Below, one piece after another: positions 16,825-25,869 of a DNA stretch of 64,000 nucleotides. Numbering within the stretch: position 1 is the first letter of the stretch; each line of letters starts with the position of its first letter. The translations under genes and the position numbers were made by a program. The notes under the pieces were generated by a model. That model was not told the DNA's origin. It did not search any database and saw nothing but the letters and a program-made list of their open reading frames with translations. Source of the stretch: Planctomycetota bacterium (lineage in GTDB: Bacteria > Planctomycetota > SZUA-567 > JAFGGJ01); assembly GCA_016930595.1 (NCBI GenBank), contig JAFGGJ010000042.1:51517-115516 (forward strand), in the 5' to 3' direction.

Positions 16825-18765
16825 TCAACTCCCCGCCGGCTCGACCGTCTGTGCCCTCGCTATCCGCTCTTCCACCGCTTTCAGTATGCTCTCCAGCATC
16901 CGGTCGTATTCCAGCCCCGAATACTTCGCCATCTTCGCCAGGTGCCCGTCCCAGCACCACCCGGGGTTCGGGTTCACCTCCAGAAGCCGCGGCGTCCCCT
17001 TCTGGTCCAGCCTCCAGTCGAACCGGGCGTAGTCACGGCACCCCAGCCGCTCGAACAGCTTCAGGCAGCTCGCCTCCAGGAAGCGCGCCGCCTCCTCCGG
17101 CAGCTCCGCCGGCACCGACCGTATGCACGCGTACGGCGACCCCGGATCCCACTTCGCCTCGTATCCGCAAATCTTCGGCAGGTCTTCCGGCAGCTCCCCG
17201 TAGTCCTCTTCTATTATCTGCAGCGTCGAATACGACTCGGGGGGATTCCCGATTATCCCCAGCGTAAGGTCTTTCCCCGTCAGAAATTCCTCAACCAGCA
17301 CCGGCTTGTCGTAACCGGCCGTCTCGCGCACCGCAAGCAGCGCTTTCTCCAGCGCACGGATGTCGTAGCACACGCTGTTCTGCGTTATCCCCAGGCTCGA
17401 ATCCCCGAAATTCGGCTTCACTATCACCGGGAACGGTATCAGCAGCTCTATGAAACTCGTGTCCTCCGGCTTTATGAAAAACGCCTTCGGCACCGGTATG
17501 TCCATCTCCGCCGCTATCCCCCTCACCAGCGACTTGTCGTAACAGTACGCCAGGCACTGCGGCGCCCCTCCGGAATACGGTATCTCCAGCAGGTCCAGCA
17601 ACGCAGGCACGTGCAGCTCCTGCGTCGCAAAATTGTTGAACCCCTCGTCGCAAAGGTTCAGCACGTAGTTCACCTTCTGCTTGTTCTTCTGCAGGTCCGC
17701 CACCAGCGTGTCGTGTCGGTCGAAATAAATGAAGTGATAGTCCTTCAGCTTCATCAGCCCCCTCTTCAGCTCGTCTATCGTGTGGAAGTCGTCCTCGTCG
17801 AAACCCCCGCTCGGCTTCACCTTGTCCTGCTTCCGGTGGTCCCCCAGCAGCACCGCCACCGTCTTCGTGTACGACGGCTTCCTCGCCGGCGCCGGCTCCT
17901 TCCTCACCGCCGCCGTCACCAGTATCCGCTTCGCCATCATCCCAAGGTCCTGTTTCCTCTGCGAATCCGTGAACAGGTCCCCTCCCACCGCTATCTCCGC
18001 GTACCCCACCCTCTTCAGCATCTCGCAGATGCTTTCCGCCGAATACAGCCTTTCCGCATAGAACTGGTCCGCCACCACCCCGTTCCTCACGTGGCAGATC
18101 ACCTCCCGCGACACCAGCCGCTCACGGTCCGCCGAAAGCGACCTCTCCCGGCACACAAAGTAGTTCCTGTCTATCCACTCCCAGCTGCGCGGCTCGTAAT
18201 GCTCCCTCAGGTACTCGCCGTCCGCTATGTCTATCAGTATCTTCCCGAACGGCTTCAGCACCCGCTGTATCTCCCCCAGCACGTGCACGTCGTCCTGCAC
18301 CGACTCGAAATACCCGAAACTGTTCCCCGCCATGAAAACGTAGTCGAACGTGTCCGGCGCAAAATGCAGCTTCCTCGCATCCCCCTCCCTGAACGTTATG
18401 TGCTGCCCTTCCTTGCGCGCCGTCGCCCGCGCCCTCGTCACCAGGTAGTGCGAACGGTCCAGCCCGTATACGTTCTCGTACCCGCGCCGCGCCAGTTCCA
18501 GCGTGTGCCTCCCCTGTCCGCAGCACAGGTCGAGGATCGCGCTCGCCTTGTCCGGCTCCAGCAGCTTCAGAAACTCGTCCACCTCGGCCCGCGTTATCCC
18601 CGCGTCCTCTACGACGTCCCCGTCCGTCCGCAGGTAGTTCGCGTTGAATATCTGCCGCCACCAGTCGGCCCTGACGTAGCTCTCCAGGTTCTTCACCGGG
18701 CCTATCGACTGCAGCCAGTCCGGCTTCGGTGGGGGCGAAGCCAGCGGCCGGTTGTTCTTTGCCAT
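16825..18765 (-). CDS. Fusion protein: class I SAM-dependent methyltransferase (N) + D-Ala-D-Ala-ligase-like ATP-grasp domain (C)
   Basis: In-frame ATG at 18765 (MAKNNRPL) preceded by GGGAG. The upstream part of the track ORF is Arg-rich junk. Methyltransferase motif I ILDLCCGQGRHTLELARRGYENVYGLD and post-I FREGDARKLHF..FDYVFMAGNSF. C-terminal ATP-grasp blocks are VIVKPNFGDSSLGI, EEFLTGKDLTLGIIGN and RFDWRLDQKGTPRLLEVNPNPGW (Ddl-like). Confidence 0.75.
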   Translation of the reverse strand: MAKNNRPLASPPPKPDWLQSIGPVKNLESYVRADWWRQIFNANYLRTDGDVVEDAGITRAEVDEFLKLLEPDKASAILDLCCGQGRHTLELARRGYENVYGLDRSHYLVTRARATARKEGQHITFREGDARKLHFAPDTFDYVFMAGNSFGYFESVQDDVHVLGEIQRVLKPFGKILIDIADGEYLREHYEPRSWEWIDRNYFVCRERSLSADRERLVSREVICHVRNGVVADQFYAERLYSAESICEMLKRVGYAEIAVGGDLFTDSQRKQDLGMMAKRILVTAAVRKEPAPARKPSYTKTVAVLLGDHRKQDKVKPSGGFDEDDFHTIDELKRGLMKLKDYHFIYFDRHDTLVADLQKNKQKVNYVLNLCDEGFNNFATQELHVPALLDLLEIPYSGGAPQCLAYCYDKSLVRGIAAEMDIPVPKAFFIKPEDTSFIELLIPFPVIVKPNFGDSSLGITQNSVCYDIRALEKALLAVRETAGYDKPVLVEEFLTGKDLTLGIIGNPPESYSTLQIIEEDYGELPEDLPKICGYEAKWDPGSPYACIRSVPAELPEEAARFLEASCLKLFERLGCRDYARFDWRLDQKGTPRLLEVNPNPGWCWDGHLAKMAKYSGLEYDRMLESILKAVEERIARAQTVEPAGS

Positions 18766-18843
18766 GCGTCTCCCGCCTCGCTGCCTGCCTGGTATGGGAC
18801 GGCCTTCAACCGCCGCGCGCGGCCGCCCCGGCCGGCGTCCCGC

Positions 18844-18851
18844 ATTATACA
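18844..18851 (-). promoter_or_regulatory. Candidate extended -10 (TGTATAAT, read on minus strand) about 80 nt upstream of the methyltransferase/ATP-grasp start
   Basis: Plus-strand attataca at about 18844..18851 reverse-complements to TGTATAAT. It sits in the 650-bp noncoding region 5' of the minus-strand gene. Coordinates approximate. Confidence 0.3.
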
Positions 18852-18971
18852 TTGCGGACACCGCCGTCCAGCATGAAACACGCCGAAAAATGCCTCCCCC
18901 GCGGCGGCGGGCGCGGCGCGCCCGGAACGCCCCGAAAAACCATCCCTCCCGCGTATAACGCAAACGGCGTG

Positions 18972-19250
18972 CCGGGACAGTTGTAATTATTTCGCCCCGG
19001 ATTCGTCGAAAAACGGCCCGAAACTGTCCCGGACACGGCCCTTTTCGCGCCGAAACGCCCCGAAAATGCCCCATATTAACAGTATAATTATCGAGGGTGC
19101 CTGAAAAGGTGCTGCCGGGGACGGAAATCGCCCGAAAATACCCTGTTCCCGGCAGGTTGCCGAATTAATTTAAAATAATTTTCCGATAAAAGTGTGCCGT
19201 TCCGGCCACCCCCGCGGGACAGTTCGTTTTTCTCCAAACCACTGTCCCAA
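18972..19250. repeat. Cluster of four GGGACAGT core motifs arranged as two inverted-repeat pairs (CCGGGACAGTT ... AACTGTCCCGG; GCGGGACAGTT ... CACTGTCCCAA), plus degenerate copies
   Basis: Exact 11-mer CCGGGACAGTT at about 18972..18982 and its perfect reverse complement at about 19022..19032. A second pair lies at about 19214..19224 and 19240..19250. A related CTGTTCCCGG is at about 19143. The same region also repeats GCCCGAAA(A) four to five times. Confidence 0.5.
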
Positions 19251-19336
19251 TTGTATGCGATTAATAGACCTCCGATTAAAGCTCTTCCCCTCCCCCCGGA
19301 ATCCCCGCCCGCTTCCCCGCCCGCCCGGCCGCCGGA

Positions 19337-19371
19337 ACAAAAAAAACAGGGCGGAGATTGCTCTCCGCCCC
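19337..19371 (-). terminator. Rho-independent terminator for the glutaredoxin-like gene
   Basis: Perfect 8-9 bp GC-rich stem (GGCGGAGA / TCTCCGCC, loop TTGC) at about 19349..19370. Read on the minus strand it is followed by an 8-T run (plus-strand AAAAAAAA at about 19339..19346). It lies 45 nt downstream of the stop at 19417. Confidence 0.6.
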
Positions 19372-19416
19372 TCCCGCTTTGCACGGTCGGCTGTCAGAGG
19401 ACCCGTGGGGGGGGAA

Positions 19417-19674
19417 CTAGTCCTCCTGGGCCGCCGTCTTGCGCTTTCCTTCCAGCACCGCCAGCCGCCTTACGCCGCTCGGATAGTCGTGATACTCCCC
19501 GTCGCCTATCCGCACCACCGGCAGGCAGCTGCCGGCCTGCCACAACATCCTCACGAGGCCCATTTCGTCGGCCGGCATGGGGAGCTCCCGGAACTTTATC
19601 CCCATCTGCCGCAGCCTGTAACAAGCCTTCAGCGAGGCGTTGCAGTTCGGGTCTGTGTACACAGTTACCGGCAT
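19417..19674 (-). CDS. Glutaredoxin-like thioredoxin-fold protein
   Basis: From the internal Met, MPVTVYTDPNCNASLKACYRLRQMGIKFREL... gives a beta-alpha-beta pattern with a CxxS/CxxxxC site typical of small glutaredoxin/NrdH-like proteins. The track ORF starts 18 codons upstream. Confidence 0.45.
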   Translation of the reverse strand: MPVTVYTDPNCNASLKACYRLRQMGIKFRELPMPADEMGLVRMLWQAGSCLPVVRIGDGEYHDYPSGVRRLAVLEGKRKTAAQED

Positions 19675-19883
19675 CGCACCATCTATTGTGCCCGCAGTAT
19701 TTTTTCCATCCCCCTGAACCGGAAACATATCATAGCGTCCTTATACGAAGAATCAACATAAATTCCCCTAATTTTTATCGCGAATTTTAACCCGTTGCAT
19801 ACTAACGAGATAGCGGTGGTTTAGCGCAGATACTGTAGAAGTTATCGGACGAAATGTTGAAAGACCTGAAAGAATTTAGGGGT

Positions 19884-22751
19884 TTATTCGGTTGCCGCCT
19901 CGGCCAGTTTCACATGCGGCAGCTTTTCAATGCCGGTGGACCTGAGAGAGCGCAGGGTGGAACCGGAGCATCGGACGGTGACGCTGCGCCCGGCGTTGCT
20001 GGCTTCGCCGGCGAACGATGCGACAATGCCGACGACGGTGCTGGAGGCGTTAGGGAGGGCGGAGAGATCCAGGGTGAAAGATTCCTTTCCGGTCTCGAGG
20101 AGGTTCCGGAGGTTGGCCCGGACGGAATCGACGTAACTGCGGGAAACCGTGTCGGTGAAGACGACGAGGTTCCCGAGGAACTGCACGGGATGGGATGAGG
20201 CGGCCGGAGCGGAGGTGGCGGAGGAAATGACGCGTTCGAGGGAGTCGAGGCTGAAGGGCTTGCCGAGGAAACCGTCGGAGCGTTTCCTGTAGGAGTCCAC
20301 GAGGTCGTCATCGAGGCGGCCGGTGACGAGGACGACGGGCACGGAAGGCACGGCGTTCCTGATGAAGTCGAAGAAGCCGAAGCCGTCGGTTTCGCCGGCC
20401 ATGGTGAGGTCGAGGAGGATGACGTCGGGGAGAGAGGCGTTCTTGATGCGCTGAAGCGCTTCATCGGCGCTCTTGCAGAGGATGATTTCGTTGTCATCCG
20501 AGAGGGCGTCGCTGATAAGACTGCGGATGTCGGGCTCATCTTCGACGACGAAGATCCTGAGTCCCGCGGGCCGGACGTGGCCGGCGGGGGAAGCCGGCGA
20601 ACCGGCGCCCGGAGCGGCATCCGAACGGCGTTCTGCGGCGGGGAGCCTGATAATGAACTCGGTGCCCTTGCCCGGGGCGCTGTCGACGCTGATGGTGCCT
20701 CCGTGGGACTTGACGATGTTATAGGCGAGGGACAGGCCGAGGCCGGTACCGGGTTCTTCGGAATCGAGGCGGGATTCGCCCCTGGCGCCCTTGGTGGTAA
20801 AGAAGGGGAGGAAGATCTTGTCGCGAATTTCCGAGGACATGCCTTTGCCGTCGTCGCGCACCGAGACGACGATCCAGGGCCCGTCGGCCTTCGTGGAGAC
20901 GGAGACACGGCCGTTCTGGCCGATGGCCTGGCGGGCGTTGATGATGATGTTCATGAAGACCTGCTGGAGCTCCCTGGGGTTGCCGGCGACGGGGGGGACA
21001 TCGGAGGTATCGACGGTGAGACGGACTTTATGGGCGACGAAGTCGCCCGCTGTAAGGAGGGCGATTTCGTCGACGATGCGGTTGACGTCGACGGAGACGC
21101 GCCTGGTGGAGATTTCCCTGCCGAAGGAGAGGAGACCCTGGACGATTTCCGCGGCCCGGCGGCTCTGTGCGACGACGAGCTCCGGGAGCATGGCGGCGTG
21201 CCTGTCGGAGCGCATGGCGAGTTCGGCGTAGCCTTCAAGGGTGGCGAGGAGGTTGTTGAATTCGTGTGCGACGCCTGCGGCGAGGATGCCGACGGAGGCC
21301 ATGCGTTCCTGTGCAAGGGCGGTTTCCTGGATTTTGAGTATTTCGCGGAGGTCGCGAGCATGGAGGAAGATTCTGAGGCCCTGGCCGGTGGAGAGGAAGG
21401 CGACGGCCCTGACGGGGATTTTTTCGCCGGACGGCGCGGTGAAGCTGCAATCGACGGTGCGGTCGCTGACGTTCTTCCGTGCGAGGGCGTCGTCGAGAAG
21501 TTCGAAGAGCTCGAAGGCCCTGCAATATTCATGGAGGTTCCTGCCGACGCAATTGCCGAGGTTTTTTTCAGCGAGGACGCTGGCCTGGCGTATCTGGAGG
21601 CCGGGATCGAGGACGAAGGTGATATCGGGGGTCTGGCGGTAGACTTCGTATGCGAGATCGGTCTGGTGCTGAGCTTCTTCGATACGGCTGATATCGCTGA
21701 CTTCGACGAACCAGCCCGGGAGGTGGTCATCCGGGGAGGAAGTGACCTGGAAGGTCTTGTGCCCCTTGTGGAGAATCTGCATGATGTGATGGTTGCCAAG
21801 GACGGTTTCGGGGAAGAAGTCGAAGATGTCCCGTCCGATCGGCGGGAGCGGCTCGGTATCGAGGAGCGTGCACGCGAGCGGGGCGGCATGAGTGATGACG
21901 CCGCTGGAATCGACCAGCAGCATACCGGTGACGGTATTCGTCAGGAGCGACCTGTAAACAGGCTCGATGTCGCGGATGCGCGCGCGGAAGGCGTCATGTT
22001 CGAAAGGCACGGAGAGCCGGCGGCAGGCGTCCATGGTACGTTCCAGGGCGCGGCGATCCGGGCGACGCGGAAAAGAAAAGAGGGCGGCGCCGGAGATACC
22101 GCCGGGGGAGCCGACGGGCACGAGGCAGCGGAAGGCTGGGCCGCCGTCAGCGACGAGGATGGAGGAATCGGCAAGAGAGCGGCGGACGGCGTCGCGCGGG
22201 AGGCGGAGGGCGGCATCGGAACGGAAGCAGTAGAAGACGGGGCCGAAGAAAAAAACGGCATCGACGCTGCCGGCGTCGTCCGCGACGGCGGCGTTCATGG
22301 CGTCGACGCAGGCATCGAGAGCATCGGCGGGCCCGGAATGCGGTGGGACGTCGACGAGAGAAAGGCCCGCGGGGCAGCCTGGGGAGAAGGCACCGTCGAG
22401 ATCGTCCGGCAGGGGGGCGAAGCCGCCTGCGCCGGCGGAAAACACGTCGCAGGGGTCGGAGATCCGGACGGTGACGGCGACGGGGACGAGCTCGAGGACA
22501 TCGCCCGGCAGGAGGCGGGTGCGTGAAAGCGGTTCGGAGCCGTTGAGTGTGAATGCGGCTGGGGTTTCGGGTTGGAAGAAGACGCCGTCGGAGCCGGGGA
22601 GGATGTGCCCGGCGAGCGGCGGCACGTCGCTCTGGCGGAAGCGGAGGTGGCAGCGCGGGGAGCTGCCGATGGAGACGGCCTGACGCAAAGGGAAAGAGGC
22701 GCTGCGTTCCGGGAGGGTGATTTCGAATTGCGGAGTCCAGTCACGCGTCAT
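19884..22751 (-). CDS. Hybrid sensor histidine kinase: FHA-like N-terminus, GAF/PAS sensors, HisKA, HATPase, receiver, C-terminal STAS domain
   Basis: 955 aa. FHA-like segment (RQAVSIGSSPRCHLRFRQSDVPPLAGHILPGSDGVFFQPETPAAFTLNGSEPLSRTRLLPGDVLEL). H-box (VAHEFNNLLATLEGYAELA). G2 box (GTGLGLSLAYNIVKSHGGTISVDSAPGKGTEF). Receiver (RIFVVEDEPDIRSLISDAL...VILLDLTMAGETDGF). STAS-like tail (ESFTLDLSALPNASSTVVGIVASFAGEASNAGRSVTVRCSGSTLRSL). Confidence 0.8.
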   Translation of the reverse strand: MTRDWTPQFEITLPERSASFPLRQAVSIGSSPRCHLRFRQSDVPPLAGHILPGSDGVFFQPETPAAFTLNGSEPLSRTRLLPGDVLELVPVAVTVRISDPCDVFSAGAGGFAPLPDDLDGAFSPGCPAGLSLVDVPPHSGPADALDACVDAMNAAVADDAGSVDAVFFFGPVFYCFRSDAALRLPRDAVRRSLADSSILVADGGPAFRCLVPVGSPGGISGAALFSFPRRPDRRALERTMDACRRLSVPFEHDAFRARIRDIEPVYRSLLTNTVTGMLLVDSSGVITHAAPLACTLLDTEPLPPIGRDIFDFFPETVLGNHHIMQILHKGHKTFQVTSSPDDHLPGWFVEVSDISRIEEAQHQTDLAYEVYRQTPDITFVLDPGLQIRQASVLAEKNLGNCVGRNLHEYCRAFELFELLDDALARKNVSDRTVDCSFTAPSGEKIPVRAVAFLSTGQGLRIFLHARDLREILKIQETALAQERMASVGILAAGVAHEFNNLLATLEGYAELAMRSDRHAAMLPELVVAQSRRAAEIVQGLLSFGREISTRRVSVDVNRIVDEIALLTAGDFVAHKVRLTVDTSDVPPVAGNPRELQQVFMNIIINARQAIGQNGRVSVSTKADGPWIVVSVRDDGKGMSSEIRDKIFLPFFTTKGARGESRLDSEEPGTGLGLSLAYNIVKSHGGTISVDSAPGKGTEFIIRLPAAERRSDAAPGAGSPASPAGHVRPAGLRIFVVEDEPDIRSLISDALSDDNEIILCKSADEALQRIKNASLPDVILLDLTMAGETDGFGFFDFIRNAVPSVPVVLVTGRLDDDLVDSYRKRSDGFLGKPFSLDSLERVISSATSAPAASSHPVQFLGNLVVFTDTVSRSYVDSVRANLRNLLETGKESFTLDLSALPNASSTVVGIVASFAGEASNAGRSVTVRCSGSTLRSLRSTGIEKLPHVKLAEAATE

Positions 22752-22775
22752 GTCGGGAATCTCCTGAAAAAACGC

Positions 22776-24923
22776 CTATTCCGCCTCCGTTCCGCCGGAG
22801 GCGGGGCCGGCGGCATTCAAGCGGGCGAGCTCTTCCTCGGAGACATTCCTGGTAAAGCGGCACTTGGGGAAGCCCGAGCATCCCACAAAGGGACCCCTGC
22901 GGGAAGAGCGGAGCATGAGATCCTTGCCGCAGTCGGGGCATTTTTCGCCGATGGGGCGGGATTTGCGGCGAGGCTTCTGGGCTTCGGGGGAGCCGGGGAC
23001 AGGGGAGGTGCCTTTACACTTGGGGAAGGTGCTGCAGCCGAGGAACTTGCCGCGGCGGGAGAGGCGGACGACCATTGGGGAGCCGCATTCGGGGCAGAGG
23101 AGGCCCGGGAAGATTTCGCCCTTGGTTTTTTCCATGTCGGCGAGGGCTTTATCGAGGGCGGGCTCGAGGTCGTTCCAGAAGTCGCGAAGGAGGTCGACCC
23201 AGGCGCGGCGGTTTTCTTCGACTTCGTCGAGGGCGGTTTCCATCTGTGCGGTGAAGCCGACGTCCATGATGCCCGGGAAATGCTCGATGAGGCGTTCGGC
23301 GACGATGCAGCCGAGTTCGGTGGGATGGAAGCGGCGGTCGATCTTCTGGACGTAGCCGCGCTGGGAGAGGGTGGAGATGATAGAGGCGTAGGTGGAGGGG
23401 CGGCCGATGCCTTCTTTTTCCAGGGTCTTGACAAGGGTGGCGTCGGAGTAACGAGGCGGGGGCTGGGTGAAATGCTGCGAAGGAAGGACGGAGACGGCCT
23501 GTATGGAGGAGCCGGCGTCGAGGGAGGGAAGCGCGGGGAGGGGGCGCTGGGGCCAGTAGCGTTCGCTGCCTGCGAAGGTACGGAAGCGGCCCCTGGCGAG
23601 GAAGCCGAATTCGCCGTTACGCAGTTCGGCCTTGCGGTCACTGTAGCGGGAGGGTTCGGTCTGGCTGGCGACGAAGCGGCGCCAGACGAGGTCATAGAGC
23701 TTGAACTGCTCTGCGGAGAGATAAGGCTTGAGCGAGGCCGGGGTGCGGAGGACGGAGGTGGGGCGGATGGCTTCGTGGGCTTCCTGGGCACCCCTGCGGC
23801 TCTTGAAGAAGTGTGGCTTGGCGGGCACGAAGTCGGGGCCGGCGTCGGAGGCGATGAAGGAGCGGACTTCGTCGATGGCGGAAGAGGCGATATTGAAGCT
23901 GTCGGTGCGCATATAGGTGATGAGGCCGACGGCTTCGCCGCCGGCGATTTCGATGCCTTCGTACAGGCCCTGCGCGATGCGCATGGTCCTGGAGGCGGCG
24001 AAACCGAGTTCATTACCGGCGGCCTGCTGGAGGAGGCTGGTGGTGAAGGGCGGAAGGGGCTTGGAGCGGCGCTCGGTGACGTCGAAAGAGGCAACGGAGA
24101 AGGAGGGAGAGAGGCGGGAGAGGATATCGTTGGCGGCGGATTCGGAGGCGACATGGAGGTTTTCCTGCCAGAGGTCGGGTGCGACGGAGCGGTAAGAGAC
24201 CTTGCAGGCGGCGCAGCGGAAGACGTCGGCGGTCTTGCCGGAGCGCCTGGAGAGGGGCCCGCCGCAAGATGGGCAGGAAGAGGCCGGCTTGATGTAGCGA
24301 TGTTCGAGGGAGGCTTCGAAGGGCGGATCGGTATCGAAGCGCGCGGAGATGCGCCAGAATTCTTCGGGGACGAAGGCCTGGATTTCTTTTTCGCGTTCGA
24401 CGACGAAGCGTAGTGCGACGGACTGGACCCTGCCGGCGGAAAGGCCCTTGGCGATTTTCTTCCAGAGGATGGGGGAGATCTTGTAGCCGACGATGCGGTC
24501 GAGGATCCTGCGGGCCTGCTGGGCATAGACTTTGTCCATGTCGATGGAGCCGGGGTGTGCGAAGGCGGCCTTGACGGCCTGCGGAGTGATTTCGTGGAAG
24601 GTGACGCGGCGGGCGGCATCGTCGGAGAGGGAGAGTGCTTCCTTGAGGTGCCAGGCGATGGCTTCGCCTTCGCGGTCGGGGTCCGGGGCGAGGAAGACGG
24701 CGGCGGCCTGCCTGGCGGCTTTCTTTAATTGCGGGAGGACTTTCTTGGCGTGGACGGTGACGTAACGGGGCTTGAAGCCGTCGTCGATATCGACGCCGAG
24801 TTCCTTTTTGGGGAGGTCGCGGACGTGGCCGATGGAGGCCATGACGTGGTAGTCGGAGCCCAGGATGCGCTGGAGGGTGCGGGCCTTGGCGGGGCTTTCG
24901 ACGATGATGAGGTTGTTTTTCAT
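22776..24923 (-). CDS. topA: DNA topoisomerase I
   Basis: 715 aa. Toprim start MKNNLIIVESPAKARTLQRILG. Active-site region with catalytic Tyr context. Three C-terminal C4 zinc ribbons (CPSCGGPL...CAAC, CPECGSPM...C, CPDCGKDL...C). Confidence 0.9.
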   Translation of the reverse strand: MKNNLIIVESPAKARTLQRILGSDYHVMASIGHVRDLPKKELGVDIDDGFKPRYVTVHAKKVLPQLKKAARQAAAVFLAPDPDREGEAIAWHLKEALSLSDDAARRVTFHEITPQAVKAAFAHPGSIDMDKVYAQQARRILDRIVGYKISPILWKKIAKGLSAGRVQSVALRFVVEREKEIQAFVPEEFWRISARFDTDPPFEASLEHRYIKPASSCPSCGGPLSRRSGKTADVFRCAACKVSYRSVAPDLWQENLHVASESAANDILSRLSPSFSVASFDVTERRSKPLPPFTTSLLQQAAGNELGFAASRTMRIAQGLYEGIEIAGGEAVGLITYMRTDSFNIASSAIDEVRSFIASDAGPDFVPAKPHFFKSRRGAQEAHEAIRPTSVLRTPASLKPYLSAEQFKLYDLVWRRFVASQTEPSRYSDRKAELRNGEFGFLARGRFRTFAGSERYWPQRPLPALPSLDAGSSIQAVSVLPSQHFTQPPPRYSDATLVKTLEKEGIGRPSTYASIISTLSQRGYVQKIDRRFHPTELGCIVAERLIEHFPGIMDVGFTAQMETALDEVEENRRAWVDLLRDFWNDLEPALDKALADMEKTKGEIFPGLLCPECGSPMVVRLSRRGKFLGCSTFPKCKGTSPVPGSPEAQKPRRKSRPIGEKCPDCGKDLMLRSSRRGPFVGCSGFPKCRFTRNVSEEELARLNAAGPASGGTEAE

Positions 24924-24984
24924 AAGGGTGCGGGAATCCTTCCAGCAGTGCGCTTATAAATATACATTTTTAAACCCGCGGGCG

Positions 24985-25662
24985 TCAAATATCGACACGA
25001 GGCTCGGGCACGCCCTTGAGGAGATGGCGGGAAACGTGGCGTACAAGCCTGCCTTCGACCATGAAGATGACTTCTTCGGCAATGGAGACGGCGTGTTCGC
25101 TGATGCGCTTAAGGTCGAGGACGGCGATGATCATGTGAAGGAAGCCCGGGGAGTCGGGGGGTATGCTGTTTTCGCAGGCTTCGATGGTGTCGTTGATCTG
25201 CGATTCGACTTCATCGGCCCTGCGGACGACGGCCCAGGCGGTTTCGGCATTGCCGGAAACGAGTGCGCCGACGGCGTCCCGGACCATGGATTCGGCGATT
25301 TCGACGAGGCTTTCGAGGGCGGCGACGTCGTGGATGCAGACGTTCTTGCCGACGCGCTGGGCCTGGAAAGCGGTGTCGGAGGCGACATCGCCGACGCGCT
25401 GGAGACAGGAGGCGGCGCGCATGCCCGCGATGGTGAAGCGGAAATTCTCGCCGTCGGGATGGACCTTGGTGAGGATTTCATGGGCGATGCGCGAGACCTG
25501 GAGGTCGAGGGCGTTCATTTCCTCCTCGGCGTCCAGGACCTGGCGGGCAAGATCGGGGCTGCCGTCGATAAGCGCCATGACCGCGGTATCGACCTGCCGT
25601 TCGGCGAGGTCGGACATGTAGACAAGGTGGTGACGGAGCCTGCCGAGGAGGCCTTCGACCAT
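24985..25662 (-). CDS. phoU: Phosphate signalling complex protein PhoU
   Basis: 225 aa with the duplicated PhoU repeats (DLARQVLDAEEEMNALDLQVSRIAHEIL..., AVVRRADEVESQINDTIEACENSI...). No pstSCAB nearby. Confidence 0.8.
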   Translation of the reverse strand: MVEGLLGRLRHHLVYMSDLAERQVDTAVMALIDGSPDLARQVLDAEEEMNALDLQVSRIAHEILTKVHPDGENFRFTIAGMRAASCLQRVGDVASDTAFQAQRVGKNVCIHDVAALESLVEIAESMVRDAVGALVSGNAETAWAVVRRADEVESQINDTIEACENSIPPDSPGFLHMIIAVLDLKRISEHAVSIAEEVIFMVEGRLVRHVSRHLLKGVPEPRVDI

Positions 25663-25869
25663 CGCTGGTTACCGTCCTTTCGTGGAAAGTCGCCGGGAGT
25701 AAGTGTAGCGACGGGGCGCGCGGAGGTCAAGAAAGTTGGACGCGGGAGCCCCGCGGACAAGGCGGGAGCACTGCAAAGAAGCGAAAGGTGCGGCGGAGGA
25801 GTCTCTTGCGGCGAAGAGCAAAAGAGGCGATAATGGAAGAGCCGCCTGAACGGGCCGGCGGCGGAAGAG

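Noticed and set aside
19088-19790. ORFs 19088..19384(-), 19192..19761(+), 19194..19790(+) inside or overlapping the 650-bp noncoding region
   Set aside because: Low-complexity Gly/Arg/Pro-rich translations with no RBS. The region contains a terminator and repeat motifs and is better explained as regulatory DNA.
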